Source: Saccostrea cucullata
Taxonomy: Eukaryota
Direction: 5' to 3'
DNA length: 64,000 nt
Assembly (NCBI RefSeq): GCF_032062105.1
Contig: NW_026935164.1
Span: forward strand, 248,001 to 312,000
Shown here: piece after piece, positions 48,701-62,400 of the stretch
Numbering within the stretch: the first letter of the stretch is position 1
Layout of the letters: every line of letters starts with the position of its first letter
The notes under the pieces: model-generated
Told to the model about the DNA's origin: nothing
The model's input: only the letters and a program-made list of their open reading frames with translations
Databases searched by the model: none
Made by a program: the position numbers and the translations under genes

Positions 48701-51700
48701 ATAAAATCAATCAATGGCAGACACCATTTTTACTTTAAAAAATTATCTTCAAATGACCTTACCCTCCTCAAAGGCTAAGGAGCGATACGAGTATCATACA
48801 TTCGCCTTCGCACTTCATCTTAGTCGCAACTTCGCCTTTTTGCTGAATCGCACTCACATCTTTGTCCTTAATGCGACGGGTGCGAGTGGCCACATCGGAA
48901 CATGCACCATAGGTATGTTAACTAAATTTTACTACAAGAAAATATTTTGTAGGTAACATACAGAAAGAATGGAAATGCACTGGAAGAAGTACAACAATAC
49001 GGTGATCACGAGGCGCTAATATCCCGTATTGTTAATGGCAACGAACTTGTATCGGTAAGAATTTTATGTGAACAATCTACAGAAATAAGTAAAAATTTCA
49101 CTTAGATCAATTACCTTGTGACTTAAAATATTTCGATTTAAAAAATTATTTAATTTTGTATCTATGGATTAAAACCTCTGTTTTGGGACATTTTGTTAAT
49201 AATCAGTATTATGTTCGCATGGGTAACGGGGACAAATCAGGGGATAAAACGGTTTGATGCCTCATCAACCTTCTTAGCTCACCTGAGTCTGAGCTGAAAG
49301 CTTAAATGAAGTTTTTTATTCACTCGTTCGGTGTACGTCGTTCCGTACACTTTTTCACATTTTTGACTTCTCAAAAATCACTTGGCCAATTTCACCCGAT
49401 TTGGCATAAAGCATATCTTGGTTTAAAGGGATTTTAATTTTACATTAAAAATGCTCATATAAGTCCATTCAGAAAAGTATTTCAGGGCCAGAGCGATCAC
49501 GGAACTCTAAAAACATCCGAGATGGGATCAGGTACCATAGAGTCGGTCAAAAGCTCTACAGAGCTTATGTTAATTGTTGTAATAATCTGACTTTAAATAA
49601 AATTTTCTGATTCAGAGGAGTGGGCATTCCCTGCCCATCAGTCACAGCCGCCCTGCTTTTCTCATGATCGAAAAACTACAAGTCAAAAATCAGTAGATAA
49701 TTCAGTGTGTAAGTAACGGGCTAACAGTTAGTAAGAAAAACATCAATTAGAATTTGACTTAATGATAGATTTTTATTTGCTGACCAGGTCAATTTATCGA
49801 CCAACTTGCGAAATGGGAACTTTAAACGAGACTGTTGATATTATACATTTATTGACTAAGTTAGAGGGCAACATGCGTTTTGTCAGACCCAAGAACCAAA
49901 CTATCTGCCTGAGGCCGTTAGACCGAAGGCAGACAGTTTGGTTCAAGGGTCCGGCAAAACGCGTTTTGCTCGAGGACTCAGTCAATAAATGTTTTGTCAT
50001 ACTTTTCATCTGATTTCAATTATTTTGACACACATGTATTTTGTACTGTCTTCCATGATGTAACATCTGGTGTGTCACTGTTGAACACCAACAAATGAAA
50101 ATGAGATTAAGGTATCCGATCCATATTAGCCTCAGATTCAATGGAATTGAATGCCTAAATATGCATGGGCTGAATACTCAGTGTAGTTAGAACTAATTTT
50201 CATGTTTTAGTATAAGAATGTAAGAGTGGGACATGTCCTAATTTAGACCTTTTCCTGCCCTTGACGAGTTATCTCCCTTTGATTTTACTCAATAAAAATT
50301 AATTTAAAAAAAAATATATCTGGTAAAAAAAATATTTCTAATTGTTTTTCTATTCCCAATGATCAAATACATCTTTCCACCACGGCTTTTTTTTGATATT
50401 TGAAGTATTTATTTTTTTATCTTAAAAACTTACTTCCTTCCATAGACTTCAATGCAATCTTCAATAATTTATTTCTGTTTAGGTAATAAATTTTTTGAAA
50501 ATTTCTTTTGGTAAATCCCTTTCTACTCTAAAATGCTTTGAAATAATATCAGGATATTTTACAAACAATTGATATTTAAGGTTAGACATTTTGGTCCTAA
50601 TATGGGTCGGATACCTTAAGTTCCGCCCATTCTGTGACGTAAGCGGTCCAACATCTCACTGACCAGTCCAACATCTCACTCAGCGGTCTAACATCGATTG
50701 CCCGCTCAGCCAAACATTAGAAATGTTAGTCTTTCTTTCGTATAGATTTGTATAGGAGCAAAATTTTAAAGGTATAACAATCTGTTTTATCAATTTTTTG
50801 GTCAATAACTTGCCTCGTTTTTAGAAATTAAAAATGCAAAGCATGTTCTTATGTATCGAATAAATTGAGAGACATAACCCCATATGAGGGTGATAAGTAC
50901 AGTGTATATTGCTAAACAAGTTGACCTTGGAGTTTGACCTACTTTTACACAAACATTCCACACTTTTACTTTGGCCATATCTTTTGAACAGTAGATACCA
51001 GGAGTTTTACACTTCATATGTATATTCTTTATGGATAGACCTTTCATTGGATACCAACAATTTTGACCTTGGTCTTGGTTCCGTACTTATCAAAAAATTT
51101 TCACCTTGATCATAACTTATAAACAGTTATAGCTAGTGCTTTCATACTTCACATATGTAATTCTTGTAAAAAAGACTCTACATTGGATACCAAGAAGTTT
51201 GACTTTGACCTCCAGCAAACTTTGACCTTAACTTTTTAAGGGTTAGAGCTAGTGTTTTCATACTTTACATATTTAATCCTTGTGACAAGACCTTTCATTT
51301 GATATCATTTGATAGCTTTTTATTTTCTTTTAACCTTTACCATAACTTTTGAATGGTTAGGGCTAGGACTTACATACTTCACATATGTCTTCTTTGTTGC
51401 AAGGGACTTTCATTGGATGCCAATTATCTTGAGCTTTTTCTTTGACCTGCTTTTTCACAAACACAAATTTTTTTTAACCTTTACCATAACTTTTGAATGG
51501 TTAGGGCTAGGACTTACATACTTCACATATGTCTTCTTTGTTGCAAGGGACTTTCATTGGATACCAATTATCTTGAGCTTTTGGCCTTGACCTTGAAGAT
51601 TTCCGTACTTATGAAAATAAACTTTAACCTTTGCCTACTTTCATATTTCTTAAATGTATTTACAGTGAGAATACCCTACTTGGGTACCAATATATTATAT

Positions 51701-52139
51701 TATAATTTGCATATAGGAAAGTTTAACCTTTGGCATGTTGCCATACGGGGCATCAGTGTTTCACAAACACATCGTGTCATAGTTGTTGTGGTCCAGCTGC
51801 TAAGGATGTAGTTTGGAAAACTTGAATTTACTCTTTCAGAGTGCAGTAATTAGTTGCCCTAGTTCACAGAAAAATCACTCTGTGTCCTTTTAATGAATCT
51901 GTAATGGTAATGTGATATATTTAAATTAATCTAACTTGTAGCTGTATTTCGAACATTTTTAAGAGTTAATAGAGAATTTATAAATGTCAAATATTTTAAT
52001 ACGGGTGTGTTTTGATTAAATGGTAATTTATTATCGTAAATGCCATTGGGTTTTAACGAATGTCTAACAGTATTTTCTTCATTTTCAGACCATTACAGGA
52101 AAAGGAAAGACAGCCATTATTCGTTATACACGAGTGTGA
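45738..52139 (+). CDS. Fatty acid-binding protein family member, 135 aa (exons 45738-45813, 45948-46126, 48953-49054, 52089-52139)
   Basis: MAISGLIGKWKVISEENLDEIFQAFGV (GxW motif), EVRFKL..F..SMDGK, VTYRKNGNALEEVQ..ISRIVNGNELVS, TITGKGKTAIIRYTRV*; three GT-AG introns, phases 1/0/0, as in FABP genes. Confidence 0.9.
46495..46990. mobile_element. Palindromic non-autonomous element (Crypton-like) in FABP intron 2
   Basis: ~155-bp hairpin centred on CCCAAGGGCTTCGCCCGAGGG; starts TATTATACATTTATTG like 49840 and 55520; family assignment tentative. Confidence 0.55.
47932..48580 (+). mobile_element. SINE whose core is tandemly amplified
   Basis: TCGGATGAGACC before the array and AAAGATCCCTCACTG..AAAATTCTCG after it. 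Confidence 0.8.
47950..48473. repeat. 36-bp minisatellite, 15 units
   Basis: GGTCCTGTGTCACAACAGGCGTTAAAT.. at 47957, 47993, 48029 ... 48447; one truncated 22-bp unit. Confidence 0.95.
49840..50778. mobile_element. Palindromic non-autonomous element containing Kolobok-like copy 3
   Basis: Hairpin around GAGGCCGTTAGACCGAAG; paralogous uninterrupted copy at 55520-55893. Confidence 0.75.
50111..50615. mobile_element. Kolobok-like MITE, copy 3
   Basis: TTAA|GGTATCCGATCCATATTAG...CTAATATGGGTCGGATACC|TTAA; the empty site in the 55520 paralog has a single TTAA. Confidence 0.88.
50915..51778 (-). mobile_element. HINE-like element with degenerate tandem repeats
   Basis: Recurring GACCTTTCATTGGATACCAA..TGACCTT units; near-identical pair at ~51330 and ~51475; terminal GGGGCATCAGTGTTTCACAAACAC. 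Confidence 0.65.
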
Positions 52140-52689
52140 CATCATCAACAAGATACCATTTCAACCTGTCGAAACTCAAAGTTAAATTCTATTGGATTCT
52201 CAAACTATTTTACAAACCTTTGATTTGGGTTATCGACAATGATTGTATGCAAGATTCAATTTTTAAAAAAAAATAAAATTGGGTGTTTTAAAACCGTGAT
52301 CAGTTCGTGGTTTGATAAAAAATATTGGTTACTTGGTGGTTTTTTGATTTCTTTCTTTCAGGATAGTGTATTTATATTTCATGGGGCCATGAAATGGTGG
52401 GTATTTGATAAAAAGAAGAAATTAAACGAAAATATCAGTAATTTTCATTATTTCATACAAATTGGGAATAATGAAATTTTCATCTACTCAGTATTCCCTG
52501 GTTAAAACAAATTAAAGTGTCTATGAAATGGCTTGTAACGAGGTAAGTACATACATCGTATAATGGTAATTGAGACTCCTTGTTCTAAGATATGCATGAT
52601 TGTCTTTTTAAATAAGATGTGAAAATTCAATAATCTTAAACACCCTTTCCCCCTTAAATTAAGGTCCTTTGTTTCCTATTCCTTTGCCA

Positions 52690-52920
52690 TACGCTCAGCA
52701 CCTTGAAGTGATAGTTGCGTTCAGGACCTTCGGATTATACCTTAAAAACCGAGGCCCCGTGACACAGCAGACATTGGCACGATAAAAAAAACACACTGCT
52801 CAATGGCCGTAAGTGGCAAGTAAAGGTCGAAATTTGAAGCCCTTCACCAATATATATGGTGACGTCTCTGTGAGATGAGTTAAATATTCTCAACGTAAAA
52901 CAACATACAACCAATCAATC
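52690..52920 (+). mobile_element. SINE between FABP and GPCR paralog 2
   Basis: CCGAGGCCCCGTG..GGCACGATAAA..CTGCTCAATGGCC core, (CAAT)n tail. Confidence 0.75.
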
Positions 52921-52961
52921 TTTGTTTCCTATTCGTCTTTTATTCAATATTGCATAAACTG

Positions 52962-54699
52962 TTAACAACCTGTGTCTAACCGATGCATCTGAAATTCCGC
53001 AGTATTGTTAAGATACGAACAGCATGGTGATCGGAACAGTTTCATTGTTTTCTTCCTGAAGTTCTTATCCATCACAAAATAATTGATTGGATGGACAGCG
53101 CAGTTAGTGAAGGCGAACCAATGAGAGAACATCCAGTGAACCTGTAGGTATTCCTGGGACATCAGTTGCTGGTTGTTACTGGCTACAACAGTTATGACGT
53201 GGAGAGGTAGCCAGGAGAGGGCGTAAAAAACAGCCACGCAAATTAACACCTTCACCGTCTGAAAAAAGAAGAACATGATGTATTTAAAAATTGTATTTTT
53301 TCAATTGCTAAAATTTGGATTTTGGTTAGAAATTAACAATTTTTGTACCCCGCTTTTGCAAAAGTGCATGGACATAGATTGAGTCTTATTTGGCGGTCTG
53401 TTACAAAACTGGGTGGTGCAGAGGTTGAACGTCTGCTCTCGAATCCACTGTGGAATGTGGAGATCAGTCATTTGCAAACTCACATAACAGACGCAAAATA
53501 AAGCATTTCAAAAAAATGTGTCGTAAAGCAAGGGAAAGGTCTGCCCATTCCCATGAAATTTTCAAGATGCTCGAGTTTGGACAGTTTATTTTTTTTTATC
53601 CTCGCAATGCCAGGGGTCTGAGTCGAGAGCAGTTTTTCCAAAAGACATACACCACCACCTCAACCACCATTTTGAAACCCCTGGTTACTAGCTTGAGAAG
53701 ATATTTTTCTTTCAATTGTGGCAATACGTGTGACAAGACCTTTCCTAATGAATTATGATTTTTGACTTCATGACCATGCTATTTTACCATGACCAACAAT
53801 CATTCTCCAAATGTTCTCTAAACTTAAGTTTTTTCCCTTTATAAATCGCAATGTCTAATTTGTGATTTTTTTTTTTAGAGAATTCAGTTGTTAAAAAAAA
53901 AAAGTAAGGAAGTAAAATGCTTTACCCGTCGTTTTTCTTGGTCCAGCTCTTTGATTCTCGTGGGATGGTTTTCTCCTGGTAGCTTACGGATCCAAACAAG
54001 AATTCCAATATAAAAATTGGAGAAACATAATATAAGAAGTGGAATAATATATTGAATTATCATTATTACAATGGTGTAATAAAGTCTATCTTTACTGGAG
54101 TCCCAGACTTCTACGCACATGCGGGTTCGAATGTGAAATGCTACATCAAAGTATTCTACTTTAGAATATATGGCAACAGGCAATGCAACGAGGAAGGAAA
54201 AAAACAATGCTAGCACATACGTGACTTTCCCTTGCAAAGTAAGTGAGACTTTTTGCGGTGATCGAAATATCACGTAATGTCTGAATACAGTCAATAGCAC
54301 CAAGGACTGGGAACGATGGATAACTAGTATTAAGTGAAGGTAGGCTGAAAATGGGCACAAAAATTCAAAATATGGCCAAGATCGGTAAAACTGCTCGCCT
54401 ACCACTTTAAACGGAATAGAAATGAATACAAGTCCAAGGTCGCTAACAGCAAGACTGCTGATGAAAATGTTTTTATTTCTCCATTTCTTCTTTGGTCTAT
54501 AATTCCAAATCATTGCGAAATTTCCAGGCACTGCAATAGCCGTTGTGAGCATGTATACGCCAAGGAGAATCCATTGAACCACTTGTCTTCCATGCGATGT
54601 GTATCTATACGAGTCACCTATAACCATGTATGATATATTGAAATGATCATATGTAAAATTATAATCTAATACCCATGAATATTCTTCCATTTGTGTCAT
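52962..54699 (-). CDS. Rhodopsin-family neuropeptide-type GPCR, paralog 2 (exons 54699-53926, 53258-52962)
   Basis: Collinear and highly similar to paralog 1; same phase-0 intron KRR|TVKVL; open frame. Confidence 0.92.
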
Positions 54700-55519
54700 G
54701 TTGTTATGATCTGATTGATATATGGTTTTAATTTTTTATACCCAGCTCCTTTTTTAATCGTTTATTAGTGCTTTTTAACCTTTATCCAACAGCCAATAGA
54801 AACGAATAAAGAATGTGATAAGTTTTCCAAGAAAAAGCATGTTAATATATATGTGTGTGCGTTTGGTTAGTTGGACCTAACCACGCCCAGTAATGAAAGA
54901 CACTGAACTCCTTTTTTTTTATAAGAGTGATTAAAAGATGTAATTAACTGATGTATAATTTCTAGGTGAAACTTAAACAAGATCCTGAGTGATCATTTAT
55001 CTCCCACCCTCAACCCACCTCAAATCACGGTCATTTCATATCAGGGCCAATATAGTTACAAATTCTTATATTTAAAAAAACTCGTGATAAAATTGAGATG
55101 TATATATATATTATGCAATTTTCCTCCTCTGTAAGCACGAAAACCCTATTAATATATTCAGGTCATGTCCCTGAGAAAAATATTCACAGTTTGAGGTAAT
55201 TCTTGGATTCTGCATTTATACAAGTCAATTGGAATGCAATTTGCATCGTAAAATGACTATATCTCCACGTTTAAAGACGGCATACTTGACAGATATCACA
55301 CTTGATGCATTGGTTCTTCTTTTGGAGTAGATAACCCGAGTTCACAAGCTCAAAAGTCAAGTACAGATCCAACTGGAAATAGAAAGATGTTAAGTGTTCG
55401 ATTTATTAAAACTCTTTGCTTGACAGGCATGAAACTTGGTACAATGATCTGGTTTCCCCAGAGAATTATAAGCATTTGGCCACAATGACAAAGGCCAAGG
55501 GTCACAATGAACTTAGGAA

Positions 55520-55893
55520 TATTATACATTTATTGACCGAGTTCGAGGGCAACATGCATTTTGTCGGACCCAAGAACCAAACTGTCTCCCTGAGGCCGTT
55601 AGGAACATAGTCAAAAAATGTTTTGTTTATATACCTTTCATTTTAATCTTTTTACACACATGTACATATGTAACATGCTTTTGTACTGTCTTCTGTGTTG
55701 TAACCTCAGGTCCGTCACTGTTGAACACCAACGAATGAAAATGAATTTAAGCTCCACCCATTCTGTGACGTAAGCGGTCTAACATCTCACTCAGCAGTCC
55801 AACATCGATTTTTTTATGCCCGCTCAGCCAAACATTAGATATGTTGGACTTTTTTCGTATAGATTTATATAGGAACAATATTTTAAAGGTATA
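55520..55893. mobile_element. Second copy of the 49840 element (no Kolobok insert, one hairpin arm deleted)
   Basis: Direct similarity to 49840-50110 plus 50620-50778. Confidence 0.78.
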
Positions 55894-58800
55894 AGAAAAC
55901 TGATTTTGTTATATGAAGTCACAAGAATCACCAATTCTGAACTTCTTTCAAATAAGTGGAAAAAAGCAACTAAACATAATTAATTCTGCATTTTATTCAA
56001 GTTGATGCAAACAAAAAACAATACAACTAAATGGTCAAAATTTCCAATTCCATATCACGGCTGATCTCAGACCAAACTACCTACTGCAACAAAATATTCT
56101 TACATTGGAGTGAAAAATCACAGACATTTGTATAAACAAGTGATGGTACACTTCTAAACAACATGCAGCCAGAGTTGATAAAATATCATCTTTTTGAACA
56201 CTATTCAGTTTAATAAAGTAGTTTTACATCGCAGAGAATGTTGTGGTATATGTTCATAGGTCAAAATTTTGTTCAGGTTATGAATATAATTTAAGCCACT
56301 AGTACAAAATAAAATTTTAGAAAGCTTATGTATAATTTTTTTTATATATATTATAATGTACATGTAATAATAATACAGATATATTATTACACTAAGGACT
56401 TAAAAATTTAAATAAAGGTTAGTGTCATAAATGAATAAAATGCATTCTACAGTTTTACAAAAAAAATTATGTCAAGTAATGAGTACCAAATGGTCCTCTG
56501 AATATCTCTGTATAAAGAAAAAAAACCGCAGCTTTGACCCTCAGAATCACTAAGTCCTTCAGAGCTGTAAAATACCTATACAGTCAATATCATTATAGGA
56601 CAACTATATCTGGTCCACAACCAATACTAAAAATCATACATGGTCTATGTTATGTGTGAATTTGTTCAGGACAAAGCATGAAGAATGAAAAAAAATGTCT
56701 GAACCTCCTTGCATTCATATTATGCCTTCCATTTTAGTAAGCATTTTACTTTAATCTGTATCTACTATCACATAAAAATTAGTCCAATGAATGCCCTGGT
56801 TTTACATAAAATAAGACAGGCCTAACTCACTTTCTTCAGTGCTTTCTGCAATAAACTAGGTCAGAGAAACAACTCCATGACAGTTGTCATTTTGGCTGAG
56901 TGCCCATCCATACCATGTGTTCTCAGACTGGCCTTTCTGTGTTTGCTGTTCAGCATTGTCTTCCTGTTTTCTGACAATACAGAGATCCATAACTGACTTC
57001 AAAATATGGTTCCCCACACCATGCAATGGTTATCTCTTGTATATTTTTGTAGCTTTTTTCACAAACACACTTAAAAAACTAAGTACAGGAAAAGCTATGA
57101 AAAATACTAACAGAAAACGAAAATCCTTACAAAGGCGAAAAAAGAAAACCCAGCTGATGTTATGTACTGCAGAAAGCAGAGAAATACATTCACATGAACA
57201 CAGAAAAAGGGCAAACAAAATTATATAAAAAAGGCTACATTAAGTTACATATTTTCTGACTTTATCAACATTAAAAACAATGAGAGTTTGTTTAAAATAC
57301 ATTATAATTTACCCACTCATTCTGTTTCGTACACATTAAAAAGAACATATCAATTTGCTTACTCAGTGAACAGATCTGTGTGTTGTTGTTGTTTTCTTCT
57401 TGTTACTGTAATTTTGATTTTTTTTTTTCTTTTGGCTTAAATTTCTGTTTGATTCTATTAATGAATTCAATCAAGTTATTATCTTTAGTGTAACCTTACT
57501 GTTGAACAGTGCGAAAATTTTTTTTGGAAATGTCTTTCAAATAAATCATGGCCAAAATTTACTTAATCACATCACTGCTTGTAGTGAAATTTATTGCACA
57601 AAACTAACATACAATAATAAATTTATTATACATGCATGCAGAACAATCAAAGAAAAAACACAAATTTTCTATTCTATTCTCTTTGTACACAAAAAGTATA
57701 AAAAAAATATTGGCATTCCTTTTTTTGAATCTGAGAAATCCAATGTCTTTTTGTTTACTACAACATGTAATATAATTACATTAATGTTGAGAGCAAAAAT
57801 TCCTCCCCATTTGGAAACTTAACTACAATCCGTGAGATTTTCCTGGAATAATACTGTCTTTTCCTTAGATCCAAAAGATGATAAAAGACTGCTAATTTGA
57901 CACAGTCATGAGTGGTTTTACAAGGATTTCTGTTATAAAGTCCTTAATTTAGTAGTTAGCCCAACAATAATAAATCTTTTCATGAAAAGACAGGCCATTT
58001 GTTTGGGGTAAGTGATCAACTTCAAAATGCCCATAATGCCTTTACTGACCAGAAAACATAAGTCATTATTGTCAGTCTATTACAGTACATACTGATTTTT
58101 TTGTACATGGTTATAACAGAAAAAATATGAAATAGAAATGTTTATATCTAAATGATGAAAATGCTGCAATTCCCCTCTGAACTTGTCATTTGTTTGTTTT
58201 TTTTTGTAACTTCATTATTTTACCCAAAGATCAAGATGACACACCCTTTAATATATTTTGAATGCCTGTACATGTATACTGAATTAAAAACTATTGTAAA
58301 TACTACAATCGAATTTATTTTATAGCTTAATTTTTTCAAATTAATTTTTCAATTAATGCACCTTCAAGAGACTAGTAAAAATATGTACGAAAGGAAAACA
58401 CAAGTAAAATATAAATCACAAGAAAAAAAAATTGGTCCAGCTTGCAAAAAACAGTACAATAAAATATAAAGTTTTAAAAGTTATAATATATTACTTTAAA
58501 ATGTACACGTAACATATAGCGATGGTTTAAAATATTTCATAAAACACAAATAACAAAAATGTTGATTAAGCATAATGATATAAATAGAAATATATTTTTC
58601 TATGTAGACAAATGAAAAAAATTCTGCTAAGTCACTATTTTCAAAAATTTTAATAGATACAGTATTTTTCTTACCCAAGAGAGACAAAGGGCTAAAAAAT
58701 GAATGCAGACAGCAAGGAAAATGCATATAAAAGCATATATAAGCTCAGTGAGACCTTATGAAAAAAAATGAGACCTTGAAATACACACTGAGAAACTAAC

Positions 58801-59401
58801 TGAGTGAGATTAAGAAAGCTTTTAGTTTGTGAGAATAAAAAAACTGAAAGTTTATAGATTTAAAAGCTGAAAGTTAGAAATGATTAAAGCTCAGATTCTA
58901 GAGAAGATAACAAAGACATAACAAAAAAATTCAAAAGATATGAATGTAACACAAGATAGTTCAATCATAAGCTTTAGCTGCCGTTCTCAACCCTTTCTAA
59001 AAATAGCAATACTTTAAAGTTCACTTTACTGAAGTGTCATTTTTACACCTTTCCCTCTTCAAATGTTATAATCCACTTTTTTCACATAAAAGATTCAACA
59101 TACATGATTGTAAAAAAAATGAACAAAAAATGCAAAAAAGCGTTTTAAAAACAACAAATGTAGTAGTGGAGTAAATGTTTTAAACATAAAAATAAATGAA
59201 ATGTTTCTATTATGGAGCAATATTTCTTCCATTTTATTTGCAGTTTATGTACCTACACATATATATTCCATAAATTTAGATATGTAATCTCTTGTCTTAT
59301 AGACAAAGTCCCACTACCAAAAAGTAGAATAGTTCATCACATTAGCTCTCTCTGTGGTGAACAATGTGTGAATTAGCAAAAATCTCCAAAGTTCCTACAA
59401 C

Positions 59402-62400
59402 CTAGGACAAGAAAGAATTAATTCTGTCCATGACATAATCTCTGACAGGATTGACAAACTGCAGGTGCTGTCTGAGTTGAGTTAGCAATGGATGGTCTAA
59501 GTTAGAACTCAACAGAGTAATGGCTGTGACTGTTAGGGTGAGAAACACAAAAAAGAAAGTAAAGAGGAACATCCTACAGCAGCCACCTCCCGTGCTGGTG
59601 GTCTCCACCGCGGTGCTCTTTGTGGAGTTACCCACGTGATTCTGTGTGAGTGGTGCTGACAGGATGTTATTGCTGGATTTGGGCACTGTGGTGAGGACTG
59701 CTTCTTCCTGTACTTCAGCCTCAGGCTGATAAGATCCAGAGAAGCTACTCTTCCTCTCAATCTCTTCCTCCAAATCCTTGATCTGATCCTCTAGGCTGGG
59801 CTTCACTACCTCCTCCTCATCCTCATCACTGTCTGAAATCTCCTGACGACCTTGACCCTCCTTGACTGGGGACTGCTCCTCAATCACTGTATGGTTAGGC
59901 TCATAGGGGGGCATCTCATCACTTTGAGGGTTGAGAACCGTAGCTGGCAGACTGCCATTTTGTTTCAGAGGTTCTGTTTCTGTGGCAGTAATTTTCTCTG
60001 GTTCCACCACTTCAGACACCACGGAGTCCTCTGGGGTAGCTACAGGGGCTGCGACAGGGGCTGTTACAGGGGCTTGTACAATGTCTGCCTTTATACTTGG
60101 TTCTTTACTGGGTACATCCACAGCAGACTCTAAAAAAAAAACATGAACAGCATAAGTGAAATTAAATACCAAAGCAAATCAAAAATATACCAAAACTAGG
60201 TTTTCCAAAAAACAGCAGAAGATATTTCTCATCTCAAAATAAAGCAATGTCTGTCATTCTAGTAAAGAAGAAAGTCTGAACTAAACAAGTTTACGATTTT
60301 AAAATTCTAGCAAACCCAGCACTGATAATATTTTTTTGTTTATTTACTTCATTTAAAGGGTAAATTGATATAATTAAAGTAAAGAGTTTCTTGCTTTTGC
60401 ATTCTTTCTTCTAAAATTAAAAGCCATGCTGTGCAGAGTAAAATATTTTGTAGAACAGATGTGGCTGCAGGAGATTATACACAGTCATGTTATTTGTAAA
60501 TAACTGGGTTTCAAGTTAGTTCTTAAACCAGAACACATTCAGTACCAATCAATATACAGGGAAGATAATGTATATACTTGCAAATAAGTCAGCTTACAAG
60601 ACAATCATTTTTAAAATATTTCCTTATTACAAGTATTTTAGAGGAATTTGATACAGACCAAAATATACATAGGTAGGTACACTTTTTTTTTTATTTGTTT
60701 TGAACATATTTTATTGACAATAATTATATGTCAATGATTCAATGCTTATGTTTACATTTTTAATTCTCTTTGGTGTGAAGTGATTTATATTTTCAAATCC
60801 CTGTACTTTTCTTCAGATAAGTTACATTATGTGAAAAGCCACAGCAACAGCTACTTTTACTATCAGTAAAACTGCTGAAAGTGTGTGAATTTTTGTTTGT
60901 AATGTTGGGTTTGTATGGTGTTCAATGCACTGTAACCCTTATCTAAGTGTTCGTGTCATTAGTGTTTGAAGTGCTGTAGCTCTCCCTAAATTTTATGAAC
61001 AAAATAGAAAAGGAATGTAAATACAATTTTAAAGCAATATTTGACTCCCCAAAATTTAACTTTTATGCAAGTATACAAAGTAACTCTGTGTATATATTCA
61101 TCTATTTGTTAACTGTAAAATTTTATTAAGATAACATTTTCCAATTTTTTTCTGATCTCTGAGTAATTGTAAATGACTGTCAATTTCAAATTTATAGTTT
61201 AATAGTGACCAATGGCAATTGAAGATAATCTAATTAATTAACAGACATTGCGCAAAGATCGTCTTTGAACTAGGATGAAATGCTTGTTTACACAAATTAT
61301 TTATAGTACATTTGTATATCTTTGTTTTTGAAATCTTAGTACCGGTACATTTATGAAATAAAATATTTAGATGATAATGAATTCATAATACTTTAAGAGT
61401 CAATGGAAATTATGAAAACATAAAACTTGTGAAAGAGAATTACTCGAATTCTAAACAACATTTTGTAAGTATATTTTAAGTTTAAGGAAATTGCAAAAAC
61501 AGTTTTTGCTCTAATACACAAAATCTCAAACATGCTTGGTCATCATTAGTATAATCATACAAATACTCAGAGAATAATATTGGCCTGAGCACTTACCCCT
61601 GCGTAACCCCTTGTTAACCCTGTATTTTCTTTTATCTACAAATAACATGCAAACATAGTGAACCTACTCACAACACTGCATTACTTACTTGGTTTATATG
61701 CTATATGCATAAAAGAAAAATATAAATTGACTTATTAAACAAATGCAAAGAAGCCAGGCTAGTGAAGGGAAGGTTTCATTATGCCTTCCAAGAGTTGTAT
61801 TTGATATCTTTGCTGTTAAACTTACATGTTAACAGTCTAAAATTAATGCTTAAAATTCTACCATTTTCACCAAATTCAAATCATGCCTTTGACAAAATGT
61901 AGAATTATTTGATGTTGGCTTATAACATGTCTTTTTATTAATATAGTTTTTTTTTTGGCAAAAATTTTCTCGGTTCTCTCCTTACTGGCTAATTATACTG
62001 TTAAAGCTCAGAGGAGTATGTGGAATTCTGAACATTTTTTATTTTTTTTTACATAACAACCATTGGAAGGCAACTGGTGTGTAAAAAAAATAATAATCCT
62101 AGCATTTTACCAGATTTTACCATAGTTCATATACACTTATCATGCAACAAGCAATAATTACAACAAACTGGAAACAAATAATAAAAGGGAAAAATTACCA
62201 TGAATAGCACAAAAAATAACATATCAGAAATTAACAAAGGAGATATTAACGCAAGAGGATATAATCCCAGATAAGGGGGGATTCTAGGAAAATGTCTTGT
62301 GACATCTCTCCACTTACCCTCCTTAATTGGAATCTCAAGTGTCATAGATTTATGTTTGTTTGGAGAATACTTGCTGTCTGGTTTTCTACCATAGTTTGGC

